DNA of 64,000 nt, taken from the NCBI RefSeq assembly GCF_030684315.1, contig NC_081378.1, positions 40,172,191 through 40,236,190 on the forward strand. The letters are read 5' to 3'. The translations under genes and the position numbers were made by a program. Positions within the stretch are counted from its first letter, which is position 1. Every line of letters begins with the position of its first letter. Source of the DNA: Stegostoma tigrinum (taxonomy: Eukaryota). Shown in pieces: positions 40,433-52,914 of the stretch. The notes beneath the pieces were generated by a model, which was given only the letters and a program-made list of their open reading frames with translations, was not told where the DNA came from and did no database searches.

Positions 40433-42417
40433 ACTGCTATTCCCCACCAGCCTCCAATAATTTCCCTACAGTCTTGAAAATTGCTTTATTTTCGAGCATA
40501 GTTCTGTTATCATATCTTGCTGCATATGGGCTGGTTGATTGACTATGTATCCACGGTCACAGTTTGTGATTTTAACTTAATCATAACAGTTGGTATGTGG
40601 AGGAATTCATTCTCTGAAAACGTGTGAATGATTATCATAAACAGCATAAAATGTTAAATTGAAGGTTTGTAGGCTTGCTGCTGTATTCCTACTTGTAATA
40701 ACAGCATATACCCATGCACACAAATGTAAACCCAATAATTAGGATAGAGTGGACAAGGCCCATTTCAATGCTTTCCATAATTCACTTCATGTTAATAGTG
40801 TTACTTGAACTTCAAAAAATGTTCAACTTCCCAGCACTTACATTTCTCACCTGCATTGTCCCAACTGGGGTTCATATAGACCACATCCATGACAAGTATG
40901 GGTTACTTGAGAACCTTCTGCTCTGAGCTGATGAGCCGAAGTCTGAGATTCAAGCACTGCAACACAACAGTAAAGGGAAGAGTTACCTGAATGCTGTGTT
41001 TCAGGAGGCAATCAGTCCCCTGAAATTAACTACCTCAATTTCGGTTAGTGATCAAGGACAGGAGGGTGTGACTTTGTGAGGCAGGTAGAGGGATTCAGGA
41101 GGTAATGCTGAAGGAGCCTCAGCCCTTCAGTGTGTCTAACAGATGTGAGATTCTTGATCCCTGTGTAGACGAGAGTGGGGGCTGTAGGGAGGAGAGCAAA
41201 CTAACCATAACACAAGGAGCCATTCAGGAAGGGGAGCAAAAAGAAACGGTACTTGTAATCCAACATTAACAGACACTGCTCTCTGTGGCTGCAATCGAGA
41301 GACATGAAGGCAGTGTTGCCTGTCTGATGCCCAGGTTCAGGATATCTAACGCGAGATGCAGAGGAACTTGGGGTGGGAGGTAAAGATCCAACTGATGTAG
41401 CCCATGTAGGTGCCAACAAAATAGGTAGAAAGAGGAAAAAGGAAAAGGGCTGAAGGAATATGAGCGACTAGGTGCCAAATTAAAAAGCAGAACTAAAGTG
41501 GTAATAATGCATGATTATTTGCCACAAGCAAATGATACAGGGTTAACAGCATTTTAAAATGTCTGGTATCACAGAGAGATGGCTGCGAGGGGATCTGGGC
41601 TGGGAAGTAAACATTCAAGAATTCCTGCCCTGTTGAAAGTACAGACAAATGGGCAGAGGAGGTGGGTTGCCTTGCCAGTAAGAAATGGAAATAAATCAAG
41701 AAGAAGTGTAGAGTCGGAATGCGTAGAATCTGTGTGGGTAGAGTTGTGGAATTGCAAAGGAAAGAAGACCCTGACTGGAGTTATGTAGCAGTGTTCAGGA
41801 AGTGGGAAAGAAAGTAAATCAGGAGATCCAGAACATGAATAAGAAAGGCACTAATGCAATAATCATGGGGGACTTCAACACACAGGTGGATTGGGATCAG
41901 GTTTGTAGCAGATCTCATTAAAAGGCATTTGTACAATGTCTACGAGATGGTTTTTGAGCAGCTTGTGGTAGACCCCATTTGGGAACAGAAAATTCTGGAT
42001 TTGGTGATGTGTAATGAGGCATTTATTCAGGGAGTTTTAGGCGAAGGAACCCTTTGGGGGAAGTGACTATAATATGATAGAATTTTCACCACAGTTTAAC
42101 TGGGAGAAACTGGGTTTAGACATAACATTATTACAATTGAGTGAAGGTATCCACAAAGATATGAGACAGGATCTGGCCAGAGTAGATTTGAAGGGTAACC
42201 TAGTGAGGAAGACAGTGAGGCAGCAATGGTAGGAGTTTCTGGGGATAATTCAGGAGGCAGAGCAGAAATTCATCCCAAGGACAAAGAAGCATACCAGGGG
42301 GATGGTGAGGCAGACATAGCTGAAAACAGATGTCAGGGACAGCAGAAAAGCAAAAGAAAAAGCAGACAACATGATGAAGGTTAGTGGGAAGTCAGAGAAT
42401 TGGGAAGCCTTTACAAA

Positions 42418-42736
42418 GGGTGGCACGGTGGCTCAGTGGTTAGCACTGCAACCTCACAACACCAGGGACCGAGGTTTGATTCTAGCCTTGGGTAACTGTC
42501 TGTTCAGCTTTTGCACACTTTCCCTGTGTCTGCGTGGGTTTCCTCTGGGTGTTCCGGTTTCCTCCCATTGTCCAAAGATGTGCAGACTAGGTGGATTGGC
42601 CATGCTCAATTGCCTGTAGTGTTCAGGGGTGTGTAGGTTATCGTGGGGATGGGTCTGGGTGGGATGCTCCAAGGAGCGGTGTGACTTGTTGAGCCAAAGG
42701 GCCTGTTTCCACACTGTAGGGAATCTATTCTATTCT
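42418..42736 (+). mobile_element. Full-length HE1-type V-SINE inserted in CR1
   Basis: GGGTGGCACGGTGGCTCAGTGGTTAGCACTGC (A-box), GGTTTGATTC (B-box), V-domain, (ATTCT)n tail. Confidence 0.92.
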
Positions 42737-42999
42737 AAAACAGCAAACGATAGCGCAAGAGCAATAAGAGGTGACAACATGAAATATGAAGGTAAAATAG
42801 CTGATAATATAAGATTGCAAGAGTTTATAAGATAAGTAAAAAGTAAGAGAGAGGCAAGAGTGAGCCTTTGACCACTGGAAAATGAGGCTAGAGAAGTAGT
42901 TTTATAACAAAGGAATGGTGGAGAAATTGGATAGGTGTTTTACACTAGACTCCAGAGTGAAAGATACCAGAACTTCTCTCACCCCTACTATCTGGTTGC

Positions 43000-43066
43000 T
43001 TCAGAAGTCACACGACACCAGCTCATAGTCCAACAGGTTTATTTGAAATCACAAACTTTCAAAGCT
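43000..43066 (-). mobile_element. Penelope family D pseudo-LTR fragment inside CR1
   Basis: TCAGAAGTCACACGACACCAG..GTCCAACAGGTTTATTTGAAATCAC, homologous to 22062-22120. Confidence 0.6.
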
Positions 43067-45189
43067 CTGGGTCCCAGAGGACAGGAAAATGGCTAATATA
43101 GTACCTGTTTAAGAAGGGAGGGAGGCAAAAAATGAAAAATTCTCCAGGCTGGTTAGACTGACCTCAATCATTGGTAAGATTTTAGAGTCCATTATTAATG
43201 ATGAGATTACAGACTACTTGGAAGTTTGTGGTATAAGAGGGCTGAGCAGCTCGGCGTAATCCAGGGGAAGTCACGCCTAATAAATCTGACAGAATTCTTT
43301 TGAAGATGTAATGAGCAAGTTAGACAAAGGAGAGCCAGCGGACATGATCTATTTGGATTCCCAGATGGCCTTTAACAAGATTCCACACAGGAGGCTGAGA
43401 AATAATATAAGAACCCACGCTGTTAAGGCAAGGTACTGGCATGGGTATAGGATTAACTGACTGGCAGAAAATAAAGAGTATGGATAAAGGAGTTCTATTC
43501 AGGTTAACAGCTGGTGACTAGTGGAGTTTGATTAGGCTCAGGGTTGGGACCACAACTACTCACGCTACTTATTAACGATCTAGTTGAAGGAACTGAGGGC
43601 ATTGTTGCTAAATTTGCAGATGACACAAAGGTGGATGGACAGGTAGTGTTGATGAGATGGGGAAGCTGCAGAAGGACTTCAACAGGCTAGGAGAGTGGGC
43701 AAAAAAATGGCAGATGGAGTACAATGTGAGAAAGTGTGGGATTATGCACATTAGTGGGAAACGTAGATGGGTAGATTATTTTTTAAATGGGGAAAGATTT
43801 TGGAAATATGAAGCACAAATTGACTTGGTAGTTAGGAAGGCAAATGCAATGTTAGCATTCATTTCAAGAGGGCTAGAATACAAAAGCAGAGATAGTGAAT
43901 TTGCATAAGGCTGTGGCCAGGCTTCATTTGGAATGTTGTGAGCAGTGTTGGGCCCCGTATCTAAGGAAGGAAGTGTTGGCCTTCAAGAGGGTTTAGAGGA
44001 GGTTTATAGGAATAATCCCAGGGATGAAGGGCCCCAGGAGCATGTGAGGACTCCAGGTCTGGGCTCAATGGAGTTTAGGAAGATGACGGGGGATCTGATT
44101 GAAATTTACAGAATACTAAGGGACCTGAACAGGGTGGACGTGGACAAGATGTTTCCACGGATAGGAGAGACTAGGAACCGAAGGGATGGACTCAGAGTAA
44201 AGGGACAACCTTTAAAATGAAATCAAGAAGTATTTCTTCAGCCAGAGAGAGGCAAGTCTGTGGAGGCCAAGTTATTGAATGTCTTGAAGACAGAGATAGA
44301 TAAGCCCTTGATTAGAAAGGGGATCATGGGTTATGGGGTGGGGGAGGTAGGAGTACAGTGTTGGGAAACACATCAGCCATGGTTGAATGACAGAGCCACC
44401 TCACTGGGCTGACTGGCCTAATTCTGCTCCTATATCTTATGGTCTAAATAGTAACAGTTATTCCATCACAAACACAAAGTTGACACATTTTAAATGTTTT
44501 CTTAATGACAATGATTGGATCAAGGGAATGATTATGCTCATCAAAAGCTAATGCTATTTTTGGTTTTAAACTGCATCATTAGCTGAGCTGGTGATGTTCA
44601 CCACTTTGACTCAGAATGCCATGGGGTCAGATGAGACTTTAGGAATTGAGCATATAACTTAAACTATCCTTCAGTGACATACTGAGGGATAAGTGAATTA
44701 TCAATGGTGTCATTTTGTAATGCAACATAAACCAATGACATCCATCTTTATGCTCCACATAGAACATCGTTCTTTCCTCGTATTATGGTCAGGTCTGGCA
44801 CCATAACTGACAAAACCATATTCATGTTCATTCATCAAACGTGCAAAAGATCCTAATGTTACGCTTGCAATTGCTCAGTGCTGACTCCATATGAGGGTTT
44901 CGTGCTGTGAATACCTCTGGAAAATCACACACAGGAACTGGCCATAGCCTTATCTGCTAATTGCAAAATTCCTTACATGTAATTTGGTTGTGTTGTTTTA
45001 AGAATATGACTGACTGCATTTTGAAACTAATGAATTTGTCATGACAAGGCTGGGATGTCCTTTGGGTGTTTTTCCTGTCTAGTTTAAGTATTGCTTTCAG
45101 TTCAAAGCCCCATTAGATAATTTATCAACACAAATCAGAAAAGATTTCCCATGGTGATGTGGGAATGGAGAGTTTGAGATATTAAACTG

Positions 45190-45606
45190 CAAAGACTGGG
45201 ACTTTACTTCAGTGGAGCACAGGGGTTTGGGGTGTGACCTTCACTGAGGTTTATAAAATCATGAGGGAGAGATATAAATAAAGTGAATGACAAGAGTCTT
45301 TTCCCCAGGGTGGGGGATTTCAAAACTAAGGATCGTATATTTAGGGTGAGAGGAGAAAGATTTAAAAAAGGGTATGAGGCAACTTCTTTTACACAGATTC
45401 GTTCTTTTGTGGAATGAGATGCAATAGAATGTGGTGGATGTAGGTACAGTTACAACTTTTAAAATACATTTGAATAAGTTTCTGAATAGGAAAGGTTTGA
45501 AGGGTAATGGGTCAAGCACAGGCAGGTGGGACTAGTTTAGTTTGGGAACATGGTGTGGACCAGTTGGACCAAAGGGTCTGTTTACATGCTGTATGACTTA
45601 ATGACT
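45190..45606 (+). mobile_element. CR1 3' fragment inserted in duplication copy 2
   Basis: EVYKIMR; tail GGGTCTGTTTACATGCTGTATGACT. Confidence 0.85.
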
Positions 45607-47422
45607 GTTTTCACTGTACTTCCAATTTATTATTATTTAACCCAATAACTTTTGTTGAAGAAATTAACCTTTTTCTATTATATTAATAATATAAATAATA
45701 ATATGTAATTTAATAATTTCAAATTAATGCAAGTGAAATAGTCAAGTCATGTACTTCACTATTAGTCTACATTTGGTAAAAAAAATTAAAAGATTGAGCC
45801 TCATAGGAATTCAAATGTCCTTTATGTCTCCACGCTGACATTTTGTTGCCTGAACTTTACTTGTAAATAGCCATCAATGGCTCTGATATGTATAATTTAA
45901 CATCACTTGTATTTCTATAATAAAACTTGCCAGACAGACAGACAAATGAGTATCACCAAACCAAATGATACAGAATAACGTGGAGTGGCGGGGGGGGGGG
46001 GGTGGTTTGGCCATTTTTTTCCCTTACACACTCATCTGTTAATTAGAAACACTCATATGAAGGAGACCAAACATGACTTTTACAATAGCCAGTGAGAGAA
46101 AATGAATGATATCAGTTCTTTTTCCCAATTTGATGAAAATTAGCACACCTGGTACAGAAACCTAATGGAGATTTGGGGGCATAGATCTCCAAGGCCTGAA
46201 TTCTTAGTCTGTGATCATGTTGTGGGATGTTCTACACTGGAGGCACTAACTCAGTGTTTATTTTGCAAGCTATATTCGGAGTGTAAATGTGAACAATCAA
46301 ACAAGTTATTACTTGTACACGAGAAGAAAAAGATTCTACTATTTCATACTTTGTAACTTTTTTGAGTTTCAGGTAGCCCTAATGGTTAGGAAGGGAGAAG
46401 AACTGTGAATTTCAGATGTACAGAACACCATCTCAACCTGGAATAAGAAGGGAAGTTCTTACTGGAGATCATGTTACCACAAAAAAAGCCACTGTCATCA
46501 GGTAATGAAAGTGGATAAAATGACTTGCCACTTCACAACTGGGTTTGCGTTACTGGGAAGTAGAGAAAGATGGATTTCACTCCCATCAAATTAACAAGTT
46601 ACCACGGCCACACTTTCAGCAGAATGACATCTCACATACTTTCAAATATTATCACTGTTCCAGAAGAGAGGTTTGACTATATTATCAGGCAAACAAGCCA
46701 CGAACTTTAAGGGTACTACAGTTGTGAAAGTCTTTGCCAGGGAAATCTTCCATTTTGCTTTCACTCTGCATATGTAATATCCACACGTTTGAGGGTGTTT
46801 GAGTGTTGAAATACTCCACAGAGAAGATATTATGGATATTATATTGCTGGACAAGAGTGCACCTTCAGCCATGTCTGAAACGTAACCCTTTATTACAGCA
46901 ACGATTCCAAATATGTGTTTTGTCCAGCTCAGGGGAGTTGTTTGGCTGTGCCAGTCAGATTCATAAGGGTAACTTGTGTGCCTGTCTTATATACGCCAAA
47001 AATAGTGGGATTTTCTTAATGATTAAAAAAATTGACAAATATACTTATATTTTGAAAAGCCTTTGGAAAAATACTCCTCATGTAAGGCTCATATGGAACC
47101 TGACAGAACAGTTGACAAATTTGTTAAATGGTTTGCAATCTGCTTTTGCAAAAAAAAAATTGATGATAAATGATAATTGAATGTACATGCAGCAAACTCC
47201 ATTTTCCTGGAAAAACTCTAAAGAATAAAGTAAGCTGAGAACAACATTTTCCTGTTTAGTGCTCTGTAAGATAAGACATCAATAGTTAGTTTCATCCATA
47301 GGCTTCTACACTAACAGTCATGACTTGCGGGTGGAACGGGCTTGATGGGCTGAGAGGACTTTCTCACTCCAGATCTTTTTTTCTGTTCTTATCTAAACAT
47401 AAAGCAATCCATACTGTGTATG

Positions 47423-47650
47423 ATATAACAAGGTGTACAGCTGGATGAACACAGCAGGCCAGGCAGCATCAGAGCAGCAGGAAAGCTAATGTTTCAGGTC
47501 GGGGCACTTCTTCGGAAATGATTTCTGAAGCAGGGCCCAGACCCGAAATGTCAGCTTTCCTGCTCCTCTGATGCTGCCTGGCCTGCTGTATTCATCCAGC
47601 TCTGTACCTGGTTAGCTCAGGCTCCAGCATTGGCAGTTCCTATTATCTCT
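47423..47650. mobile_element. Palindromic Penelope pseudo-LTR pair (family A-like) with 12-bp TSD
   Basis: Arms are near-perfect inverted repeats; flanked by ATACTGTGTATG (47411-47422) and ATACTGCGTATG (47651-47662). Confidence 0.85.
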
Positions 47651-47862
47651 ATACTGCGTATGGGCTTTTTCAGATGTGATCACGTCACAAAAAAGGTAAA
47701 GGTTCCACTGCCATATAAAAAAACTACATGGTTCAGTGTTAAGAAATAACATTATTCTTCATTTACTGCAGCCAAGTGAAAATGTTGCCTAAAAAGTCGG
47801 AAATTTACCACGTGGATCCAAACAAAGCATGTTCTGTGAGATCCAAGGCAAAGCTGCTTTTT

Positions 47863-48046
47863 GGCAGAAGGTGTAATTAGATGGCTGACAGCACATCACT
47901 GAGGAAACTATCAGGCCCAGCAACACGGTGCACACCATCAGAACAAGACACGCTATTCCTGTTTTATGAAGAGGTAATTAACACATTCTGAGACAATGTT
48001 ATGTGACTGCAGGTATTACTGGTGCACAATACAGGACAAAGGGAAC
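47863..48046. promoter_or_regulatory. Candidate conserved non-coding element, copy 2
   Basis: Direct paralogue of 35130-35313, with identical runs of 61 bp and 50 bp. Confidence 0.6.
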
Positions 48047-48589
48047 TACTTTACTGAAAACACTCTTTGCAACTCAATCTGTCAGTTGCTACCAAGAAGT
48101 CAGCACAACAGGACTCTTTGGGAATATGCCCATTTTTCAGAGAGAACTTTTCAAATTTGTTCTTTTTGGACACTTTTATGGAAATACTGAAATCAAGTTT
48201 CTGTACTAATAGAGAACACAATATCGTGGACTGAAGGGCCTGTACTGTGATGTATTGTTCTATGTTCTATTATTAACGCCTGGCTTTTTACATCCACTTA
48301 TGGAAGCTGACAGAGTCCTACTTTAGGGGCAGAAGCTCTGGGTAAAGTCCGATTTGACGGCCACAAAATGTGTGTTGTAACTGAGCCAAAAAAGGTTGAT
48401 CTGTAAATCCTCGTTGGATTTAGTAAATGTAGGAGGGTTTCCTGGTCAGCCAGGACTCTGTGATGGCCAGAGCACACCAGCCCCTTCATGATAAAAGACT
48501 GCATGAGCAAGTTCTTGCCATGAGCAAATTTCATCCTCCTTGTGAGAACTACCATGTAAACATTCAAACCCATCTGCTCAAAAGTCTAG

Positions 48590-48765
48590 AGATGGCAAGA
48601 ACTGTAGATGCTGGAATCAGAGGTAACACAGTGTGGAGCTGGTGGAACACAGCAGGCCAGGAAGCATCAAAGGAGCAGGAAAGTTAACGTTTTGGTTCGG
48701 GAACTTGCCTGCTCTTCTGATTCTGCCTGGCCTGCTGTGTTCTTCCAGCTCGACACTGTGTTTTC
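48590..48765. mobile_element. Palindromic Penelope pseudo-LTR pair, decayed
   Basis: ACACAGTGTGGAGCTGGTGGAACACAGCAGGCCAGG is mirrored by CCTGGCCTGCTGTGTTCTTCCAGCTCGACACTGTGT; TCTAGA on both sides. Confidence 0.7.
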
Positions 48766-50554
48766 TAGATTAGAAATCCAACCTGGGGAAAGCAGTGGGT
48801 TTACACAAAGTCACTGTGACCATTTTCACCTCTCATCGGAAAGGCACTGCCAAAGGGCCCAATTTTAAAACAAGTTGCAGTTGGGTGCATTTGACTGCAC
48901 CTCCCCTGCCTCCATCCCTAAGGCTTCTCCAATTCCACATAAACCCTATGTTGTAATCATGCCCAGTTCTCCTCCCGTGCTGAATGATCCTCTTGACAGG
49001 AATAGCTACTGGTGCCTGGAGCTTAGCACCTGCATCAGTTTAGACCAGCAAGATTCTTCATAGCTGAACGCCAAACCTTTTATGCCATTATCATCTCCTA
49101 TGTACCTTATACCTAGAATCTATTAAGCTTAAATGTTAAAAAAGTAAGTTGTTTGTTTCAGACAAACTCCACAGAATTGGTGGTGGGCGTACCACATTTC
49201 TTAATTGTTATTTAATATCCTTTGGTATTGCCTACTGTCAGCTCATATGCCATTGAACATTTTACTAACAATTTAAACATGGGAAAGGATTACTTTACGC
49301 AGCTGTCGTATGAGGTTCTGCCTGTCTGCATACAGGCTTTCCCTCCCTGATAGTGAAGTTAATGAATGCAAATTAATTCAGTCCTCAGCATGTGACGTAG
49401 GGGAGTATCAGGCAAACCTTGCAGTCAACAGAAATAAATCCCACAAGAGATCAAATTACAAACAATCAGCAAACTTTTGGTATTTAGCCCATATTCACTC
49501 AGCTTTCATTTCAGAAAGAGAATTAACGGAAAGGCACAGGTGACAATTGTCTTCCTGTTTGTAAATATTTTAGTAGTTGTGTATTGCATTTCTAGTTGAG
49601 TCTCCGGAACATAAAAATGGCTTGTATGTCACAGGTCTGACATCTATTTGCACCTTTGTTACAATTGTCTTGCTTAACGAACACAGGCAGCTTGCTTCAA
49701 TTTGATATATTTTCTTTGCAACTATTGTTTTGCAGTGCAGTGTTTTGTCTAGCTCCTGTAATTTTGAATTTTAATATCAGGGAACTTGCAGTTACATACA
49801 TATACACCTTTTTACACCCCTCCCTCCCATAATACTTGCTTGTCAGGCTGGCTTCCTAGCTACGGCATCTCCCACTAGTGATTCCCCAGTCTACCCTTGA
49901 GTCACTACAATAATAAAAACAATGGATTTCCTTTGAGGAAACACAATGGCTGGCAATTTGCAAAATCCGAATTAACCGTCCATCATACTTAATCCCCATG
50001 CTCCAGTAATTTTGTTTTTCCGAATTGGTTATTCATTAATTCAGCTTACCCGCACAACAAAATTCCCTAAAGATATCACCAGCGCTTACAGTTAAAGCAA
50101 ATATGTTCAAAACAAATCTACGCATAGAACGGTAAGGTTTAAAAATAAAGGTACAAGGACTGGTTATAGAATTCCCTCTTTAAAGCAAAAATCACTCAGA
50201 CTTGTGACCTACGAAACATAACCGAGACCCATTTAACATTGTGTTCCACAAGAACATTTAGGAAGCAAATGGTTGTGAGTCAGATATGTCACTTACTCAT
50301 CAGCGTGGAGATTTGTCAAAGTGCATGAAGGATTCTAGACAGCTGTTTGGAAGGAAAAGGACAAAAATCCCTTAGAGGTTGCAAAGGCTTTGTAAGTCTT
50401 ATAAGTGCAATAGATTGCTGTGTGACTAAATAGCAATTTGAAACTGTTTTTGGTATAGAGAGGATGAAACTTCTTCAACTTTATAACATAACTTTCTCTG
50501 TCGTGCATTCCCTTCTGTGCATTTGTCGTTGTCCAATGCACATTTTCTTTTATT

Positions 50555-52775
50555 GGTCCGTAAAGTGTGGGCAATGATGGCTGGGCCAGCGTTTATTGCT
50601 TATCCTTAATTAGCCTTGAGAAGTTGGTGGAAAGCTGCCTTCTGAACTATTGCAGTCATTGGGGTATATGGATGTGCACAGAACTGTTAGGAAAGGTTTT
50701 TGAGATTTTGAGACAAAAACGGTGAAGGAGTGATAATACAGTTCTAAGTTAAGGTGCCAAATATGTCCTTCTAGATGGTAGAGACTGGGGGATTGAAGCT
50801 GCTGTCAAAGGTGCCTCAGTTAGTTACTGCAGAGCATTTTGTAGTTGGTATACACAGTGCTACCACTGCACTTTGGTGGTGAAAGGAGTGAATGGATTAT
50901 GTTGGTGGATGCAATGCAAATCAGATGGGCGGTTTTTGTCCTGGATGGTTTTGAGCTTATAGAATATTATTCGAACTGCATCCATCCAGGAAAGTGGAGA
51001 GTATTCTGTCACACACTCCTGTCTTGTGCCATGTATATGTTTGACAGGTATTAGGGAGACAGGGGAGTTATTTGACGCAGAATTCCGAGATCTGACCTTC
51101 TTTTATAGTGTTTATAGGGTCATTCAATTCAGTTTCTAGATATTGGTAACCCCCAGGTTGTTGTTAGTGGGAGACTTAGCAATGGTAATACCATTGATCG
51201 TCAAAAAGTAATGCTTAGGTTCTCTCTTATTGCAGTCAGACATTGCCTGGTGCTTGTGTGGCATGAATGTTACCTGTCACTTATCAGCCAAAGCCTAGAA
51301 CTAGTCTACACCTTATTTATATGGACACAGACTGCTTCGGTATCTGAGGAATGGCAAATAGTCCTGAAGATTGTACAATCATGAGCAAACATCCTGACTT
51401 CTGACTTTATGATGGAGGGCACATCATTGATGAAGCAGATGAAAATGATTGGGCCTCAGACACTACCATGAGGAGTTCCTGCAGAGATATCCTGCAAATG
51501 AGATGATTTGACCTCCAACAACCACAATCATCTTCCTTTGTGCCCAGTAAGCCCCCCGCCAGTGAAGATTTTTATCCCCATTTCTCATGGACTCAGGTTT
51601 TGTTTTACCAGTAGCAAGTTTTGTTATGGAGCACAATTCAGCTGTACTATTGCCGAAATGTTGTCAGCGCCATAGCCTTTGCAGTATCCAATGCTTTCAC
51701 TGATTTCACATGAAGTGAAACAAATTGGTTGAATACAGCCAACTGTGAAGCTGGGAACCTTGAGATGAGGTTGAGGTAGATCATCCACTTAATGTGTCTG
51801 GCTGAAGATGTATCCAAATATTTCATCCTTGTCTTTTGCTCAGCTCCCCCATTATTGAGGATGTTTGTGGAGTCTCCTCTTCCTCTTAGTTATTTATTTG
51901 TTCCCCACCATTGATTGAATTTGACAGGATAGTAGAGCTTAGATTCAATTTTTTTGGGGGATTACCAATAAACTGCCTCCTAAATATTGTTTCTGCTGTT
52001 TGGGTTGCAAGTAGCCATGTTGTAGCTTCATCAGATTGACACCTCATTGTTAGGTGTACCTGGTGCTGCTCTTTGGCTGCCTATTTGTATTCTTCATTAA
52101 ACCTTGATCTCCCAGCTAGATGGCAATGGTTTATTAGACCACCTGCTGTACCATGAGGTTACAGGTTGTGATTGAATAAAACATTGATGCTGTTGATGAC
52201 CCACAGTACCTTGTAGATGTCCAATTTTAGGTTCTCAGCTCTGTTCAAAGTCTGTTCCTTTTAGTAATTGTACAATTTAATCCAATGAGGTAATGGGACT
52301 TTGTCTCCAGAAGGACTATGTGGCTGTCATTTCCCTGTCATGGAATGACACATCTTTAACAGTTGGATTGATCAGGACAATATCAAGTTCTGTTTTTTTT
52401 TTAGTTGGCTCTCTCCCCATGTGCAGCAAACACAATCACACAGATATGTCCTTAATGATTCCTCCAGCTCGGCATGCAGTGAACTACTCTTGGCATGAAC
52501 AGTGAAATCCCCCACCCAGGGTAATTCTATGCCCTCAACACCCTCAGTGCTTCCTCCAAGTGGTGCTCAACATTGAAGAGGACTGATCCACCAGTGATTG
52601 GGGAAGTTGGTGGCAGCAGTAGTAATCAACAGGAGATTTTCTTGTTCGTGTTTGACCTGGGACCCATGTGACTTCATAGACCCGAGCATCAATGTTGATA
52701 ACTCTCTCAGAGCAATGCCCCCTCAGCTGTAAACAAGTATGCCACTATCATTGGTGGGTCTGTCCTGTTAGTGGA
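50555..52775 (-). mobile_element. Long decayed CR1-clade LINE
   Basis: Reverse of the 5625-6205 family tail (GTGGGCAATGATGGCTGGGCCAGCGTTTATT); reverse RT motifs (ICFINDVPSI..MFAHDCT); EN-like region near 52500. Confidence 0.7.
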
Positions 52776-52914
52776 TGTTGTTAAAGTTGAAGGGGTACAG
52801 AAAAAAAAGTTACACGGATGTTGCCTGGACTGGAGGGTTTGAGCTATAGGGAGATTCTGGATAGACTGGGACCTTTTTCCCTGGAGTGTCAGAGGCTAGG
52901 TTGTGACCTTGGAG

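Larger units (their letters stand above)
40840..44446 (+). mobile_element. Long decayed CR1 LINE (ORF1 SGNH-esterase relic, APE endonuclease, RT, 3' tail) with nested insertions
   Basis: ORF1 relics similar to CCLPGARVQDI and VHVGTNDIG; EN IIMGDFN near 41860; RT KFADDTK near 43610; LGEWAKKWQMEYNVRKC; tail GGCCTAATTCTGCTCCTATATCTTATGGTCT. Confidence 0.9.

Noticed and set aside
42418-42490. tRNA-like sequence
   Set aside because: SINE head continuing into a V-domain, not a tRNA gene
47423-47650. Long hairpin as a possible pre-miRNA
   Set aside because: Arms are PLE pseudo-LTR sequence with a TSD; no known miRNA recognised
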